A stretch of 64,000 nt of DNA from Candidatus Eremiobacteria bacterium (GCA_963758295.1 CAVWUU010000006.1:97779-161778); one strand, 5' to 3'; positions 49,392 to 61,863 are shown, numbered from the stretch's first letter. The notes: generated by a model from the sequence alone, not told the origin. Numbers and translations are program-made.

Positions 49392-50671
49392 ATGCAGTAT
49401 CACCGCGTGGCGCTCGTTGCAATGGTTGCGACGCTAGCCCTTACCGCGTGCGGCAAAGGCGGCCAGCAGCAGCGTGGCCCCATGCCGCTTAACGTCGACG
49501 TTGCGAGCGCGCAGCGCCACGACATCGGCACGTATATCACCCTCGACGGACAGATCGCGCCCCTCGAACAATCGACGCTCGCATTCCAGCAGAGCGGAAC
49601 GGTGACGGCGGTCTAACGTTAATGTCGGCGATCGCGTAAGCGCCGGCCAGTTGCTCGCGCAAGATCGACGATTCGACGCTGCGCAGCTCAGCTCGCGCAA
49701 GCGCAGGCCCAAGCCGCGCAGCAGAGCGCCACCGCGCAGGGCGCGCAGGTCGGTCTTCCTGTGCAGCAGCAGCAGAACGCTGCCGCGCTGGATACCGCGA
49801 AGGCCGCGCTCGCCAACGCGAAACTCGTTTACAATCAAGATCAGCAGCTCTTCAAACAGGGCTACGTTTCGCAAGCGCAACTCAGAAAGTGCGCGCGCTG
49901 CGTACGTTCAAGCGCAGAGCCAGTACAGCAATGCCCAGATCGGTTTGCGCAACAACGTCGTGAGCCAGCAAAACGTGCGCGCGCAACAAGCGAGCGCGCA
50001 AGCTGCAAGCGCGGCGGCGCACACGTTAAGCACGCAGATTTCGCAGACGTCGTTTTACGCGCCGTTCGACGGCGTGGTGACGCAGCGCTTGATGGATCCC
50101 GGCGCGTTCGCCGGTCCCGCAAGCGCCGGTGCTCGCCGTGTCGCGGGTGGCGAAGGTTTGGGTCAATATCAACGTTCCCGACGAAGATCTCGCGTACGTG
50201 CATCCCGGCTCGTCCGTCACTTTCACGTCGAGTTCGCTTCCCGGCAGAAACTTCTCCGCGCGCATCAGCGCGGTAAACGCTGTGCCGACGCAAGGAACGC
50301 TTTCGTATCTCGCGCGCATTCAGATGGCCGAATCCGGGCGATCTGTTGCGCGGCGGAATGCTCGTCAGCGCGACGATTCCTAAGGAAGCAGCGTAAAGAC
50401 GCGCATCGTCGTGCCGCGTACGGCAATCGCGCAAACGGAAAACGGCAACGCCGTCTACGTCGTCGGCTCCGACAACAAGGCCAAAGAAGTTCCAGTGCGC
50501 GTCGGCATTCAAACCGACACGCTGGCGGAAGTCAGTCGGTCCGGGACTCAGCCGGGAACGAAGGTCATCACGACCCGTCCCGACGCTCTCAAAGACGGCA
50601 GCCTCGTCGCCGTAAATGGCCAAGCTCCGCAGGGAAGCCGGCCCGGCGCTAACGCGGACGTTCGTCAATGA
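49392..50671 (+). CDS. RND efflux periplasmic adaptor (MFP) lipoprotein, frameshifted
   Basis: Lipobox LTAC, GDRVSAGQLLA, APFDGVV, VPRTAI, V.VGI. Confidence 0.85.
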
Positions 50672-52163
50672 AGCGCGCCCGCAATCGTTTAGCGCCGCCC
50701 TTCGCGGCGGCGCTCGCTGCCGCGTGTCTTCTTCCCAGCGCGGTTTTCGCGCAGCAGACGCACCCGGTCGTCGGCCCCGACGCCTGCGCCGATGCCGAGC
50801 GCGTCCGGAACGCCCGCTGCCGTATCCGGCATACGGTACGCCGCGCGCCCGACGTCGCCGCTCAGGTGCAGAAACCGGGCGTTCCGACAAGCGATCTCGC
50901 TGCAGCAGGCCATCGACATCGCGGTCGCGCAATCGCCGGCCTTTGCTTCGCAACGCGCGCAATATCGAGCGGTTCAAGCGAGGTACGAAGCCGAGAAGAG
51001 CGCGCTGTATCCCAACGTTAGCGGCAACGCGAGCGTTCAACGAGCAGTACGGCGGCGTCGGCGCGAACCTCGACGAACGGCGCTGTAGCCGACCGCTTCA
51101 CCGGTCCGCGAACTTCAACGGTACCGTTTACCACCATCGAACGCGATCGATTTCGTTACAGCAGTTCATCTTCGACGGCGGCCGCGTAATCGCGGGCATC
51201 CGCACGCGCGAAGGAAAGCGATCTCGCTGGGCGCGAGACGCTGATCCGGCAGTTGCAGACGCTCGCGTTCGACGTAGCGCAAGCGTACTACGCGCGTGCT
51301 TCAAGCCGACGCGACGGTGACGGCCGAGCGCATCGCTCGTCAAGCAATTCGAAACCCAGCAGAACAACGTTGCGGCACAGATCCGAGCCGGAGCCGCGGC
51401 TCGTTCCGACCTTGCGGCGGCGCAATTCCAAATAGCGCAAGCGCGCGGCGCGCTCGTAACGGCTCAAGGCCAGGTCATTGCCGCGCAGTCGACCTTCGCA
51501 ACGACGTCGGGCCTGGACGCCGATACGCTCGTCGAACCGCAAACGCTTACGAACCCGGCCGTCAAAGTGATGGATCACGCGACGTCGCTGCGGCAGGCGC
51601 TGCAAGTGCGTCCGGACTATGTCGCTGCGCAGCATACGGTTGAGTCGGCAAAGGAAAACGTGCGCTTCGCCAAGCTCGCGCGCTTTCCGGTCGCTCACCG
51701 CAAACGCCAGCACGGGCGCGAGCGAATCGCTCCCGGCAACTGCACCGCGGCTTATCGGCGAAGTCAGTCGCTCGGCGCAACCTTGACCGTTCCGATTTAC
51801 GATCAGGGCCTGACGAACTACAACGTTGCGTTGGCAGCGTCGCAACTCGATCAAGCTAATGCCGCCCTACGTTGTCACGCCTTACGGTGCAATCCGACGT
51901 GCGCGGTGCACTCGCGAATCTCATTTCTGCGCGCGCGGCTTTCGACCCAGGCGCAAGCTGAACTTCAAAGCGGTCAAGTCAATCTGCAGGCAGTGCAGGC
52001 GCGTTATCGCGTCGGCGCAGCGACGATCACCGATTTCGTCACGGCGGAAGCAACGCTCGCAACCGCGCAACGCGACGACGTATCGGCGATCTACAACGAA
52101 CGCGTTGCCGAGGAGCGTTACACGTTCGCTTTGGGCACGCCGACTGTCGCTCTAATCGACTAA
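50668..52163 (+). CDS. TolC family outer membrane protein, frameshifted
   Basis: ISLQQAIDIA, FDGGR, VAQAYY, RPDY, PIYDQG, RYRVG. Confidence 0.85.
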
Positions 52164-52272
52164 AGTCGTTCGACGCTGCGAATTCGAGCGCAGCGAGACG
52201 CGATGATTGGCGCTCCGGCGCTAATCCTCAAGGAGAGGCTCCGGCGGACGTAAGTCCAAAGGAGCCTTTATC

Positions 52273-53442
52273 ATGTCCGTCCAGCATCCCACCGTTCCCG
52301 CCAGCGTTTCCGATCCCGTCAATGCCGCCATTCTCGCGGTTTCCGAGGATCGCCTAAGCGGGTTTCAAGAAGATCCTTTCGGCGCGATCGCCGAACGAAG
52401 CGGCGTTCCGGTTGAGACCGTGATCGAGCGAATCGTTGCGATGCTTGCGGGCCGGCACGATCCGCCGCGTGCGGCAAACGCTGATGTCGACGAATCTTGC
52501 CACGCGGTGCGCTTGTGCGCGTGGCAGGTCCCGAGCGATCGGCTCGATGCCGCGTTCGATTACATGTTCAAAGACGATCCGTTTTCGGGTCACGTCGTGA
52601 TTCGTACGACGGAGAGCGTAACGCCTGGGAGCAGCTATCGCTTATGGACGACGCTCAAAGTTCCGCAGGGGTATTCGCTGCGAAAAGCATGCGGAGTTCT
52701 TGGCGCGCAAAGTCGGCGCGGAGAGCTTTCGATTGATGCCGGCCAAAATGGTTTTTGCGCTGGGCGTCGGCCACGTACGCCGCCGAGGGCTCGAGCCCGG
52801 CGCACGTGCCGAAGAAATGGCTGACCCGAAAAACACCGCCATCGTCGAGCTGAGCGACCTCGAGTGGCGCGTCCTGACGGCGCTGAAGCGGGAATTCGCC
52901 TCCGAGAGAACTGGTCCGCGATCTCTGGCGCGCGCGCGCGCGCCGAAGCCGGGGTTCCGCTGGACGAATTCACGCGCGTGGCGCGCGATCTGAATGCGCG
53001 GCGCGTCATCGGACGTTTCTCAACGTTTCTCGAGCACGTCAAGCCGACGTGAACAACGAACGCGTAACCCGCTACAACGCGCTCTTTCACTGGGCCGTTC
53101 CCGCCGGGCCGCGAAATGGAAGCCGGCCGCGAGATCGGCCGCCATTACGTGATCACGCACGCGTATTGGCGCGAAGGCGGCCCGGAGTTCAAGAACGTGA
53201 ACGTAATGGCCGTTGCGCACGGCATGGAAAAGGAACGGGTGCTCGCGCATAAGGCTGCGATCGACGAACACTTGCGCGAAGCCGGAATCGATTTCGGCTA
53301 CACCAACGTGTTTTGGGGCGGTCGCAGCGAAATCAAGCCGTCGGAAATCGCGCCCGCAGCGTATCGCGAATTTTGCGAGCGCCACGGCATCGATCCCGAA
53401 ACGATGCTCGCCGAAGCCGGCGAGGAAGGAGAGTCCAGCTGA
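52273..53442 (+). CDS. Tandem Lrp/AsnC-like protein; probable fused siroheme decarboxylase (AhbAB/NirDL-like), frameshifted
   Basis: Two HTH+AsnC-like halves (PFGAIAERSG; AEAGVPLDEF..LNARRVIGRF), NALFHWAVP, THAYWR, VMAVAHG. Confidence 0.6.
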
Positions 53443-55122
53443 AAAGACTGACGCGCGCTGCGATCGCGAGCCTTTGCGCGACGATCGCCGTTACCGGGTG
53501 CACGAAAGTCAGCAACGGTCCGAGCGGGACGCGAACGCACTCCTGGACCCAACCCGGCGTCTTCCGTTTTGCGGAAAACGCGGAGCCGCGGAACTTAGTG
53601 GCGGAACTCGCCGTCGTCCGCGGTCGGCGGCGACCTTTCGATGTTCATCTACTCGTACGCGGTCCGGTACGACGACAAGGCGGAATCCCGTTCCCGACGC
53701 CGTCAGCGAAGTCCCGACCGTCGAAAACGGCGACGTCAGTAAAGACGGCTTGACGCTGAAATACAAGCTTCGCCACAACATCAAGTGGCAAGACGGCCGG
53801 CCGCTGACGTGCAACGATTTGAAGTTCACGTGGCAAGTCATCGTCAATCCGCAGAATAACGTCAATACGACCGACGGATTCAAGAGCATCAAAGACATAG
53901 ACTGCTCGGACCCCTACGTAGCCGTCGTGCACATGAAAGGGCTTTATGCGCCGTATCTCCAGCAATTGTGGGGCGTTAACGGCAACGCGCCGATTCTTCC
54001 CGAGCACATTCTCGCGAAGTACAACGACGATAAAGGCTCGCTAAATACAGCTCCTTACCTCTCGATGCCCGATCGGCAGCGGTCCATTCAAAGTGGTGCA
54101 GTGGCAGCGCGGGTCGGAGATTCGCATGGAAGCCAATCCGGATTTCTACCTCGGCAAACCGAAACTCAACGAAGTCGTCTTCAAGTATCGATGCCCGACG
54201 AGAACACGATGGAGACGCAGTTGCAAACGCACGAGATCGACATGATCGCGCGCGGGACGGCGATCAATTGGCCAACGCTATCAGGCGCTGGCGGCCGATT
54301 CGAAAAATGGGCTAAAACGCGATGCGTCGACCGTCGTTCATCTACTCGCACATCGACTTCAACCTGAAGCGGCCCATAACGGGCGACACAACAGGTTCGT
54401 CTGGCGCTTGCCTACGCGACTAATCGCGACGAGATCATCGAACAAGATCGGCCACGGTTTCGGAACGCTCGCGGAAACGGACCAAAGTCCCGTGCTCTCG
54501 TGGGCGTACACGAACGATTTCGAACACCATCCGTACGACCCGGACAAAGCGCGGCAGATCCTCGACGCCGATGGGTGGAAGGTCGGGCCGGACGGCGTTC
54601 GCGTGAAGAACGGACAGCGCTTGGAGTTCAATCTCAGCACGCAAACGGAGAGCACGTACGGCAAAGCCGTGCAAACGCTGCTGCAGCGTGAGTGGCGTGA
54701 CGTCGGCGTCCAGGTCGACGTCAAGAACGCTCCAACGCAATCTCTTTTTCGACAACAATCCGGCGACGGGCATTTTGCAGGGCGGCCACTACGACGCAGC
54801 GATTTTTTCGTGGGTAGCCGCATCGGATCCCGACGACAGCCCGCTTTACACGACGAAAAACTTCGCTCCCGGCGGCCAGAACAATCTGTTTTGGAGCAAC
54901 CCGCAAGTCGATAAGGCGGCATGCGCGACGCGCTGGCGACGCTCGATCAGAACCGGCGAAAAGCCGACTACAAGATCGTGCAGCAACAGATGGCGCTCGA
55001 CGTTCCGACCATCGTGCTGTACTTCTGGAAAGACATCTACATCTACAACACCGATCTTCAAGGGCTTCTCTCCGTCGCCCGTGATCTCCGCATTCTGGAA
55101 TCCGTGGGAGTATTCGATTTGA
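53439..55122 (+). CDS. Peptide/nickel ABC substrate-binding lipoprotein (SBP family 5), copy 1, frameshifted
   Basis: Lipobox VTGC, SKDGLT..YKLRHNIKWQDG, GSGPF, YDPDKARQILD..GW. Confidence 0.85.
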
Positions 55123-56745
55123 AGAAACAATTGGCAGCCGCGCTAGCGCTCGGCTTGCTCGCAGCTGGATGCTCGAAGGTCTCGACGGCAGGGAACGGAC
55201 GCGTGAATGCCTTCACGCAGCCGCACGTGCTTCGCTTCGCCGACGCCGGCGACGTCAATACGCTCAACCCGCACCTGGGGCAGTTCAGTGCGGTAGGGCA
55301 CATCGCATCAGTTGACGATGGCGTGGCTGATCAAATGGGATCAGAATAACAATCCCTATCCCGAGCTCGCCACCGAAGTACCCACGAAGGCCAACGGCGG
55401 CGTGAGCCAAGACGGGCTCACCGTAACGTACCACTTACGCAAGGGTGTGAAGTGGGCAGACGGTGCGCCGTTCGACGCCGATGACGTCGTGTTCTCGACG
55501 AGCGTCGTTAATAATCCGGCGAACAACGAAGTCGGACGGCAAGGCTGGGATCATATTACCAAAGTAGACGAGCCCGACAAATATACGGTTGTCTACCACT
55601 TGCGCAAGCCGTACTCGCCGATTATCGAAACCTTCTTTTCGACTGCCGGCGCGAATCCGTGCATCCTCCCGAAGCATCTGCTTGCGCAGTATCCGAACAT
55701 CAACAACGTTCCGTACAACTCAAAGCCCGTTGGAATCGGCCCGTTTAAAGTGGATCGCTGGGACCGTTCGTCCCAAGTCGTGCTCGTAGCAAATCCGCTC
55801 TACTTTCGTGGTCGTCCGAAACTCGACAAAATCGTTTATAAGATCATTCCGGACCGCAATACGGTGCTCGCGCAGCTGCAGTCGAAAGAAATCGACATGT
55901 GGGATCTTGCGACAGCTAACTATTATCCGCGTTTGCAAGAGCTTCAGGGCTATGACGTGCAAAAGCACGCGAGCTATTACTGGGACCATCTCGACATGAA
56001 TATCACGCATCCCGGTCTGAACGATCCGGTGGTGCGGCACGCACTTCGGTTGGGCTGGAACAGAAAGTCCGGGAACGATCGCATTGCGCACGGGCTTTTC
56101 GTGTTGTCCGATTCACCAACGCCAATCGGCGCCCCGTACGAAGTGAAGGTTCCCGTGATTCCCTACGATCCCGATCAGGCCAATAAGATGCTGGATCAGG
56201 CCGGCTGGAAAGTTGGTGCCGACGGCGTCCGCGCCAAGAACGGCGTTCGTCTTTCGTTCAATTATGCGACGACGAGCGGCTCTCAGGACTCCGACGACCG
56301 CATCGAATTGCTTCGTGCCGACTGGAAGAAGATCGGCGTGGCGATCAGCGTTCAGCACTATCCGCCGGCGTTGATGTTCGCGCCGCTGCAACAAGGCGGC
56401 ATCGTCTACGGGAACAAGTGGGATATCATCGGCTTCGCGTGGCAGAACGAAGCAATAGGCGACTTCTCACAGATCTACGGTTGCGACGCGTTTCCGCCGA
56501 ACGGTCAAAACGACCCGCGCTGGTGCAATAAGAAAGCCCAGGCCGCGATGAACGCGCTTTACACGCACTACGAGCAGCCGCAACGGAACGAAGACGTGAA
56601 GCAGTTCGTCAACGAGTTCTACAACGACACGCCGGCGATCGTCATCGACCAACGCGTCGATCTCTACGCCGTCAATAAAGACTTGAAAAACTTCAATCCG
56701 AACTCCATCACCCCGTTCGACAACTTCATGGACGTCGACATCTAA
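55119..56745 (+). CDS. Peptide/nickel ABC substrate-binding lipoprotein (SBP family 5), copy 2, one frameshift at ~55310
   Basis: Lipobox AAGC, YHLRKGVKWADG, GIGPFK, YDPDQANKMLDQAGW. Confidence 0.88.
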
Positions 56746-56934
56746 CATCGCGCCGGCACGCTGGCCATGACGGCATCAACCCCGTCATTTTGCCCGTTCG
56801 TCCAAAGGACAGCGCATATCAGCAGCCGCTGGTATGCGCTTTTTCATGTCCTGCTGTTGTCCGGCCGTCGCTTGCACGAGCTTCTCCGTTGATAGCGACC
56901 GTTGCCGTCGACGTTCCAACCGGTTCGCCCCTAA

Positions 56935-58350
56935 CTATAAATCGGGATGATTTGCAACGCGGTTTACAACGTATGAGGCCCGAGAAACCGCGATGAGAAG
57001 CATGACGGTGCCGGCGAGCGAGAAGGTTCGCAGCATTGCCCAGGCGGGTGCGGCTGTTTCCAGGCCGGTGGCGCGCTGTTCTGCTTGCCAAATCTGCGAT
57101 GCGTTCGCGCCGGGAGCGACGGAAAAAGCCGCCATGTCGTTCGGCCAGATCGGCGCGGGATGGTGCACGCCGATCCATGCGCCCGCTAGAACACAAGTGA
57201 ACGCCGCCGCAGCGCCGGTATAGAGCGCCGCATCGCGGTATTGCGACCATGCAAGCGCGGCGCAACAGAACCCGGCGGCCAGCGTCACATCCTGTGATGC
57301 GGCTTGCGGCTGCTGTGCGAAATCCATCCAATTCACCGAGCACAGCGCGAAAGCGAAGATTGTGGCGGCGCGGAGGCGGCGCTCAACACGGCGTAACGCC
57401 CACAGCGCCGGGATGAGCAGCAGCACAAGATCGTGTTCGTGCATGAACCCGGCGACAAGCGGCAACGCCGTGCACGCGACCGCAAACTTCGATGCAAGCT
57501 CGCCGGTGCGTACAATCGCAAAGGCGGCGGTAACCGCGGCAGCAACGGCGACGAAAGCGCCGGCGAACGTAGCGAAGCGAGGTGCTGCGCCAAACCCGAA
57601 AGCGATGGATGCGGGCGTGTATTGAATGGCATCAAATCGTTCCGCCGCACCGTGTGCCAAGAGCAGCGCCGCATACTGCGCCGGCCAGTTCAGGCCCTGG
57701 TAAACCGCGCCTGTGGCATAGAGAACGACGATCGCGATGGCTGCCGCGGCCATACCACGCCGGTGCGCGACCAAAACGCCCGCACCAAGGGCGACGTTTG
57801 GTTGCAGCGCGCCGAGAAGTAGCGCAACCATGCTCGCCGTAATCGAACGCGGAACGCTCGCTATGGCGACTGCTGCAGCGGCGTACGCCACGAGCGCAGC
57901 TTGGCCTAAGGCGAAGTCGCTCGTCACTGGAACGAATGCTAACGCGCAGGCAGCGAGCGCGAAAAAACTCCAGCCGTCACCTTGCGCACCAATGCAGAGC
58001 CGCATCGCGGCCAACAAGAGCGCTACAAGCGCGATCGCGAGCGCGACCAACCAGTAGCGTGCCGCCGTCGAATACTGCATTCGCGCCAACGCGCTCCACA
58101 GGGCCAGCGACGGAGGCGTCCCGGCAAACGGAAGAAGCTCGTTGACCTTTGAGTCGACGCCCGGAACCGCGCGCTCGAATTGCAGGAGCTGCCCAGCATA
58201 AGGATTCGCTCCCGTATTCACCGCGCGGCCCGCCGACCAGTAGGCTTCGAAGTCGCGCGTGAAAACGCCGGGTTCCCCCGGGGCGCGCAAGAAGAACAAC
58301 GCCGAAGCGATGAAGGCCGCCGCGGCAATGGCAAAGAGTTTCTGACTCAC
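56935..58350 (-). CDS. GT-C / glycosyltransferase family 87-like membrane protein
   Basis: RDFEAYW..G..PY, PF..TPP, LGQ, HEHD; many TM segments. Confidence 0.75.
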   Translation of the reverse strand: MSQKLFAIAAAAFIASALFFLRAPGEPGVFTRDFEAYWSAGRAVNTGANPYAGQLLQFERAVPGVDSKVNELLPFAGTPPSLALWSALARMQYSTAARYWLVALAIALVALLLAAMRLCIGAQGDGWSFFALAACALAFVPVTSDFALGQAALVAYAAAAVAIASVPRSITASMVALLLGALQPNVALGAGVLVAHRRGMAAAAIAIVVLYATGAVYQGLNWPAQYAALLLAHGAAERFDAIQYTPASIAFGFGAAPRFATFAGAFVAVAAAVTAAFAIVRTGELASKFAVACTALPLVAGFMHEHDLVLLLIPALWALRRVERRLRAATIFAFALCSVNWMDFAQQPQAASQDVTLAAGFCCAALAWSQYRDAALYTGAAAAFTCVLAGAWIGVHHPAPIWPNDMAAFSVAPGANASQIWQAEQRATGLETAAPAWAMLRTFSLAGTVMLLIAVSRASYVVNRVANHPDL

Positions 58351-58916
58351 GCGTCCTTGCGGTCGGAACGCAAGGCGTAGAGCGCGAGGCGCTCGATGCG
58401 CCCGTCGTTCCCCATCGCGTGCGCAACCCCGCCCGGAAACTCGGCACTCAACATTTCGCCGTACGTGCCGACCGCTTCCGCGAGCGCCGATAATTGGCCA
58501 AAGTGTTCCGGCAAGCCGCTCATTGTTTGACCGAGTGAGAGTTCTCCCGGTACCAAACGGAATCGCAAATCGACCGGCTCGAGTTTTGGGGCGCGATCGC
58601 TCTTCGGATAGTAAAGCTCCGCCGAAACGAGCTGCTTTTCGCTATAGAACAAGCTTAGAAATTGCCGTTTTGCATCGTCGCCTCGCACGCAATACGTGTG
58701 CCATCCGCGGGCCGGGTACGAAAATGCGATGCCGAGCTTTTTTTCGACGTCTTCGCGCGTTGTGGTATTGACGTCAAGAGCAATCGTTTCATTGAAAAGC
58801 ACGATCGGCTTATCGCACGGTGGCGGCGCGGCCGGATGCCGGTTTCGTTCGTAAATGCCGGCTAGGATTTCGACCGCCCGACGCATCGCGAAATCCGGGA
58901 CGGACGGATCGCTCAC
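58347..58916 (-). CDS. Hypothetical protein
   Basis: GTGA overlaps at both ends; alternative ATG at 58886. Confidence 0.7.
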   Translation of the reverse strand: MSDPSVPDFAMRRAVEILAGIYERNRHPAAPPPCDKPIVLFNETIALDVNTTTREDVEKKLGIAFSYPARGWHTYCVRGDDAKRQFLSLFYSEKQLVSAELYYPKSDRAPKLEPVDLRFRLVPGELSLGQTMSGLPEHFGQLSALAEAVGTYGEMLSAEFPGGVAHAMGNDGRIERLALYALRSDRKDA

Positions 58917-59764
58917 AGCGGACCGCCGGGCGGAAGCGCGCTGTGCGCTTGTCCGAGCAGCGCGATCAGCGCAACGATCGTCGCGATATACCAGGCGCCA
59001 ACGCGCACTCGCGCGCCGGCCGTCATCGTGGCCGCGCGCGGATCGCCGCCGCCGCGAAACGTGGCGATTATCGTTGGCACGCCGAAGAGCGCGATGAGGA
59101 TGACAATGAACACCGGAACGTGCAGAAACGCCGCCGCCACGATGAACAACGCGACGCCTGCGATCCAGAGGGGGGGCCACACCGCGCCGATCACTCGCCC
59201 GCCGTCGAACGGCGGAACCGGGAGCATGTTGAAGAGATTGATGAACGCACCGATATCCGCGCAGGCGTACCAGAATGGATCCGCGGTTGCGAGCCCGGCG
59301 CCATAGCAGGCCCCCGCCAGTGCGAGACCCGTGAGCGGACCGGCAAGCGCAATGTAGGCATCTTGCTCCAGATCCGTCGCGAGCGCGCCTTGCGTGTATG
59401 CCCCAAGTAATGGAATGAAGACGGGAAGCCGGGCGGACAACCCGTACGCGCGATAAGCGAAGTAATGGCCGAGCTCATGGGCGGCCAGCACGAGCAGGAC
59501 GACGATGCCTAGCTTCCAGCCGAAGAAGAGCGCATAGACCCACAACGAGAGCAAGAACGTCCAGCTCACGGAAAGCGCCTTCAACGCGAAGAGCGCGTAC
59601 TTGAACTGCAAGATGAACGCTAGAATCACTTTGAACTTGGCGGCGAGAACGGCGAGCGTTGCCGCGATCGTCCCTAGTCCTTTAGCCTTCTTCCGAGGCG
59701 GTGGTTCGGGCGCGGGCTGCGCCGGTTCGAGATACTCGCCTTCGATGGGATCGGGTTCGTTCAC
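58913..59764 (-). CDS. Site-2 protease (peptidase M50)
   Basis: HELGH, ALAGP, NMLPVPPFDG. Confidence 0.92.
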   Translation of the reverse strand: MNEPDPIEGEYLEPAQPAPEPPPRKKAKGLGTIAATLAVLAAKFKVILAFILQFKYALFALKALSVSWTFLLSLWVYALFFGWKLGIVVLLVLAAHELGHYFAYRAYGLSARLPVFIPLLGAYTQGALATDLEQDAYIALAGPLTGLALAGACYGAGLATADPFWYACADIGAFINLFNMLPVPPFDGGRVIGAVWPPLWIAGVALFIVAAAFLHVPVFIVILIALFGVPTIIATFRGGGDPRAATMTAGARVRVGAWYIATIVALIALLGQAHSALPPGGPL

Positions 59765-59800
59765 AAGAGAAGCCTTCTGGAGATGGAAGCGCGACAACCT
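59747..59800. promoter_or_regulatory. Overlapping divergent sigma-H-like promoters (GGGA-N18-GAA on +, AGGT-N19-GAA on -)
   Basis: End 11 and 10 nt before the starts at 59783 and 59764; the two genes are only 18 bp apart. Confidence 0.45.
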
Positions 59801-61123
59801 CCCCGCATCGTCATCCTCGGCGGCGGGTTCGCCGGGATCGCTGTGGCGCAAGGCCTGGAGCGCCGGCTGCGCAAGGGCGAAGCCGAGATCGTGATGATCA
59901 GCCGCGAAAACTTTTCGCTGTTCACGCCGATGCTTCCCGAGGTCAGTTCGGGCGCGCTTGACGTACGCCACGTTGCCACGCCGATTCGATCGCAGTTGCG
60001 CCACTCTCGCTTTATTCTTGCCGACGTCACGTCGATCGACACGGTGGAGAATCGGGTCACCTTCACTCATACTCTGAGCGGCGAAGAAGGTTCCCTGACT
60101 TACGACCAGCTCGCGATCACGTTCGGCTCCGCGACCTCGACGTTCGATCTGCCGGGCGTCGCCGAACACGTCTTTGCGTTGAAGACGCTGGAAGACGCCG
60201 GTATCTTGCGCAATCGCATCGTGTGGCTGCTTGAATTGGCCGACACGCTAACCGATCCGGTCGAACGCGCGCGGCTGCTAACGCTGGTGGTTGTCGGCGG
60301 CGGATTTACCGGCGTCGAAGCCGCCGGCGAGTTCGTCGATCTCTTTCACAGCGTGGTTCGGTATTATCCGACGATCAAGCTTTCCGAGATTCGCCTCGTT
60401 CTTGTCGAGGGCGGTCCGGTGCTGCTGCCCGGCCTGCCCGCGAAAATGGGCACCTATTCCCGCAATGCGCTGCTGAAACGGAAAGTCGAAATCATCACGG
60501 GCGACGGCGTCGCTAGCGCCGACGACGGCGGGCTCGTCTTGCAGAGCGGCGAGCGCATTGAAACGGCGACGATCGTGTGGAGCGCCGGCGTGAAACCGAA
60601 TCAAACGATCGCCAACGCCGGATTGCCGCTGACGAGACGCGGCGCGCTCGTCGTTGGTGAAGATTTCAAAGTGCAAGGCAGCAAGAACGTCTGGGCCGCC
60701 GGCGACTGCGCGGCGATTCCGGACGGTGAAGGCGGGACGTATCCGCTCACGGCTCAGCATGCGATACGCGAAGGTCCCGTGCTCGCCGAGAATATCGTTG
60801 CGACGCTGAAAGGAAAGCCCACGAAGCCTTTCCGTTTTCATTCGCTCGGCATGATGGCGTCGCTGGGCGCGCGCAAGGCGGTGGCGCAACTCCCCGGCGA
60901 CTTCGTGCTAACGGGATTTCTCGCGTGGATTCTTTGGCGTTCGTATTACTTGGCGCGTCTTCCGGGACTCGACCGGCGGCTTCGTGTGGCGTTCGATTGG
61001 GCGCTCGAATCGCTCTTCCCGAGAGACATCGCCGAATTGCGCGTCTACTCGCGCCAGGCGCAGTCCAGCGCCGCGATCGAAGCGGGCCTTACGCCACGCG
61101 ATGAACCCGCCGTCCGAATGTAG
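59783..61123 (+). CDS. ndh: Type II NADH dehydrogenase family FAD oxidoreductase
   Basis: GGGFAG, FTPMLPEV, VVGGGFTGVE.AGE, WSAGV, AGDCA, AQHA. Confidence 0.9.
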   Translation: MEARQPPRIVILGGGFAGIAVAQGLERRLRKGEAEIVMISRENFSLFTPMLPEVSSGALDVRHVATPIRSQLRHSRFILADVTSIDTVENRVTFTHTLSGEEGSLTYDQLAITFGSATSTFDLPGVAEHVFALKTLEDAGILRNRIVWLLELADTLTDPVERARLLTLVVVGGGFTGVEAAGEFVDLFHSVVRYYPTIKLSEIRLVLVEGGPVLLPGLPAKMGTYSRNALLKRKVEIITGDGVASADDGGLVLQSGERIETATIVWSAGVKPNQTIANAGLPLTRRGALVVGEDFKVQGSKNVWAAGDCAAIPDGEGGTYPLTAQHAIREGPVLAENIVATLKGKPTKPFRFHSLGMMASLGARKAVAQLPGDFVLTGFLAWILWRSYYLARLPGLDRRLRVAFDWALESLFPRDIAELRVYSRQAQSSAAIEAGLTPRDEPAVRM

Positions 61124-61134
61124 AAGGGCCGACC

Positions 61135-61863
61135 ATGGAACTGCGTGAGCCCATCGAGCGTCTAATCCGGAATCCGCAAGATTTTACGCGAGCCGTTCCT
61201 TTCCCCGATCCGTCGGAGATCCGCCTTTACGACGAAACGCTCCGCGACGGAGAGCAGATGCCGGGCGTTTGTTATACGCCGCCGCAGAAACTCGAAATCG
61301 CGAAGGCGCTCGCGGGAATTGGCGTTCACATCATGAGCGTCGGCTTTCCCGCCGCCTCCGAAGGCGACCGGCGCACCCTTCAACTGGTCATGGAAGCAAA
61401 ACGCCGCGGTGAACTGGGCGACGTGGAAATCGTCGTAATGTGCCGCAGCAATCGTAAAGACATCGACATCACCGTAAAAACTTTGCGCGACGTGGGGATC
61501 GAACCGTCGCAAGTGACATTCTTTATCTTCACGAGCGGCAGCGATCTTCACTTGAAGTACAAAATCGGCAAAACGCTGCTTCGTTTTGAAGGCCGAGACG
61601 AAAGCGAGTGGCTGGACCTTCCAGTGGAGTTCTACCGCAACGCGAACGTGCGCTTACAATGCGACGCGATCCGCTACGCGCGCGAATCCGGAGTCGAACG
61701 CATAGAATTCGGCGCCGAAGACGGCAGCCGCGGTGACGTAGAGTATTTCATTTCATACTTCAAAGCGGGAATGGAAGCGGGCGGAACGCGTCCGGCGTGG
61801 CCCGACACCGTCGGCTGTCTCACGCCCGAAGCGATGCGCTGGTACGGCTCGCGCATCGTCGCG
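61135..61863 (+). pseudogene. LeuA/homocitrate-synthase-like (DRE-TIM) enzyme, truncated at a junction
   Basis: DETLRDGEQMPG, GFPA, GAEDGSR, PDTVG; breaks before the expected HxH motif. May be an assembly artefact. Confidence 0.7.

Noticed and set aside
56746..56934. Possible small RNA or gene in the gap between SBP copy 2 and the GT87 gene
   Set aside because: No convincing hairpin, RBS-linked ORF or known motif visible.
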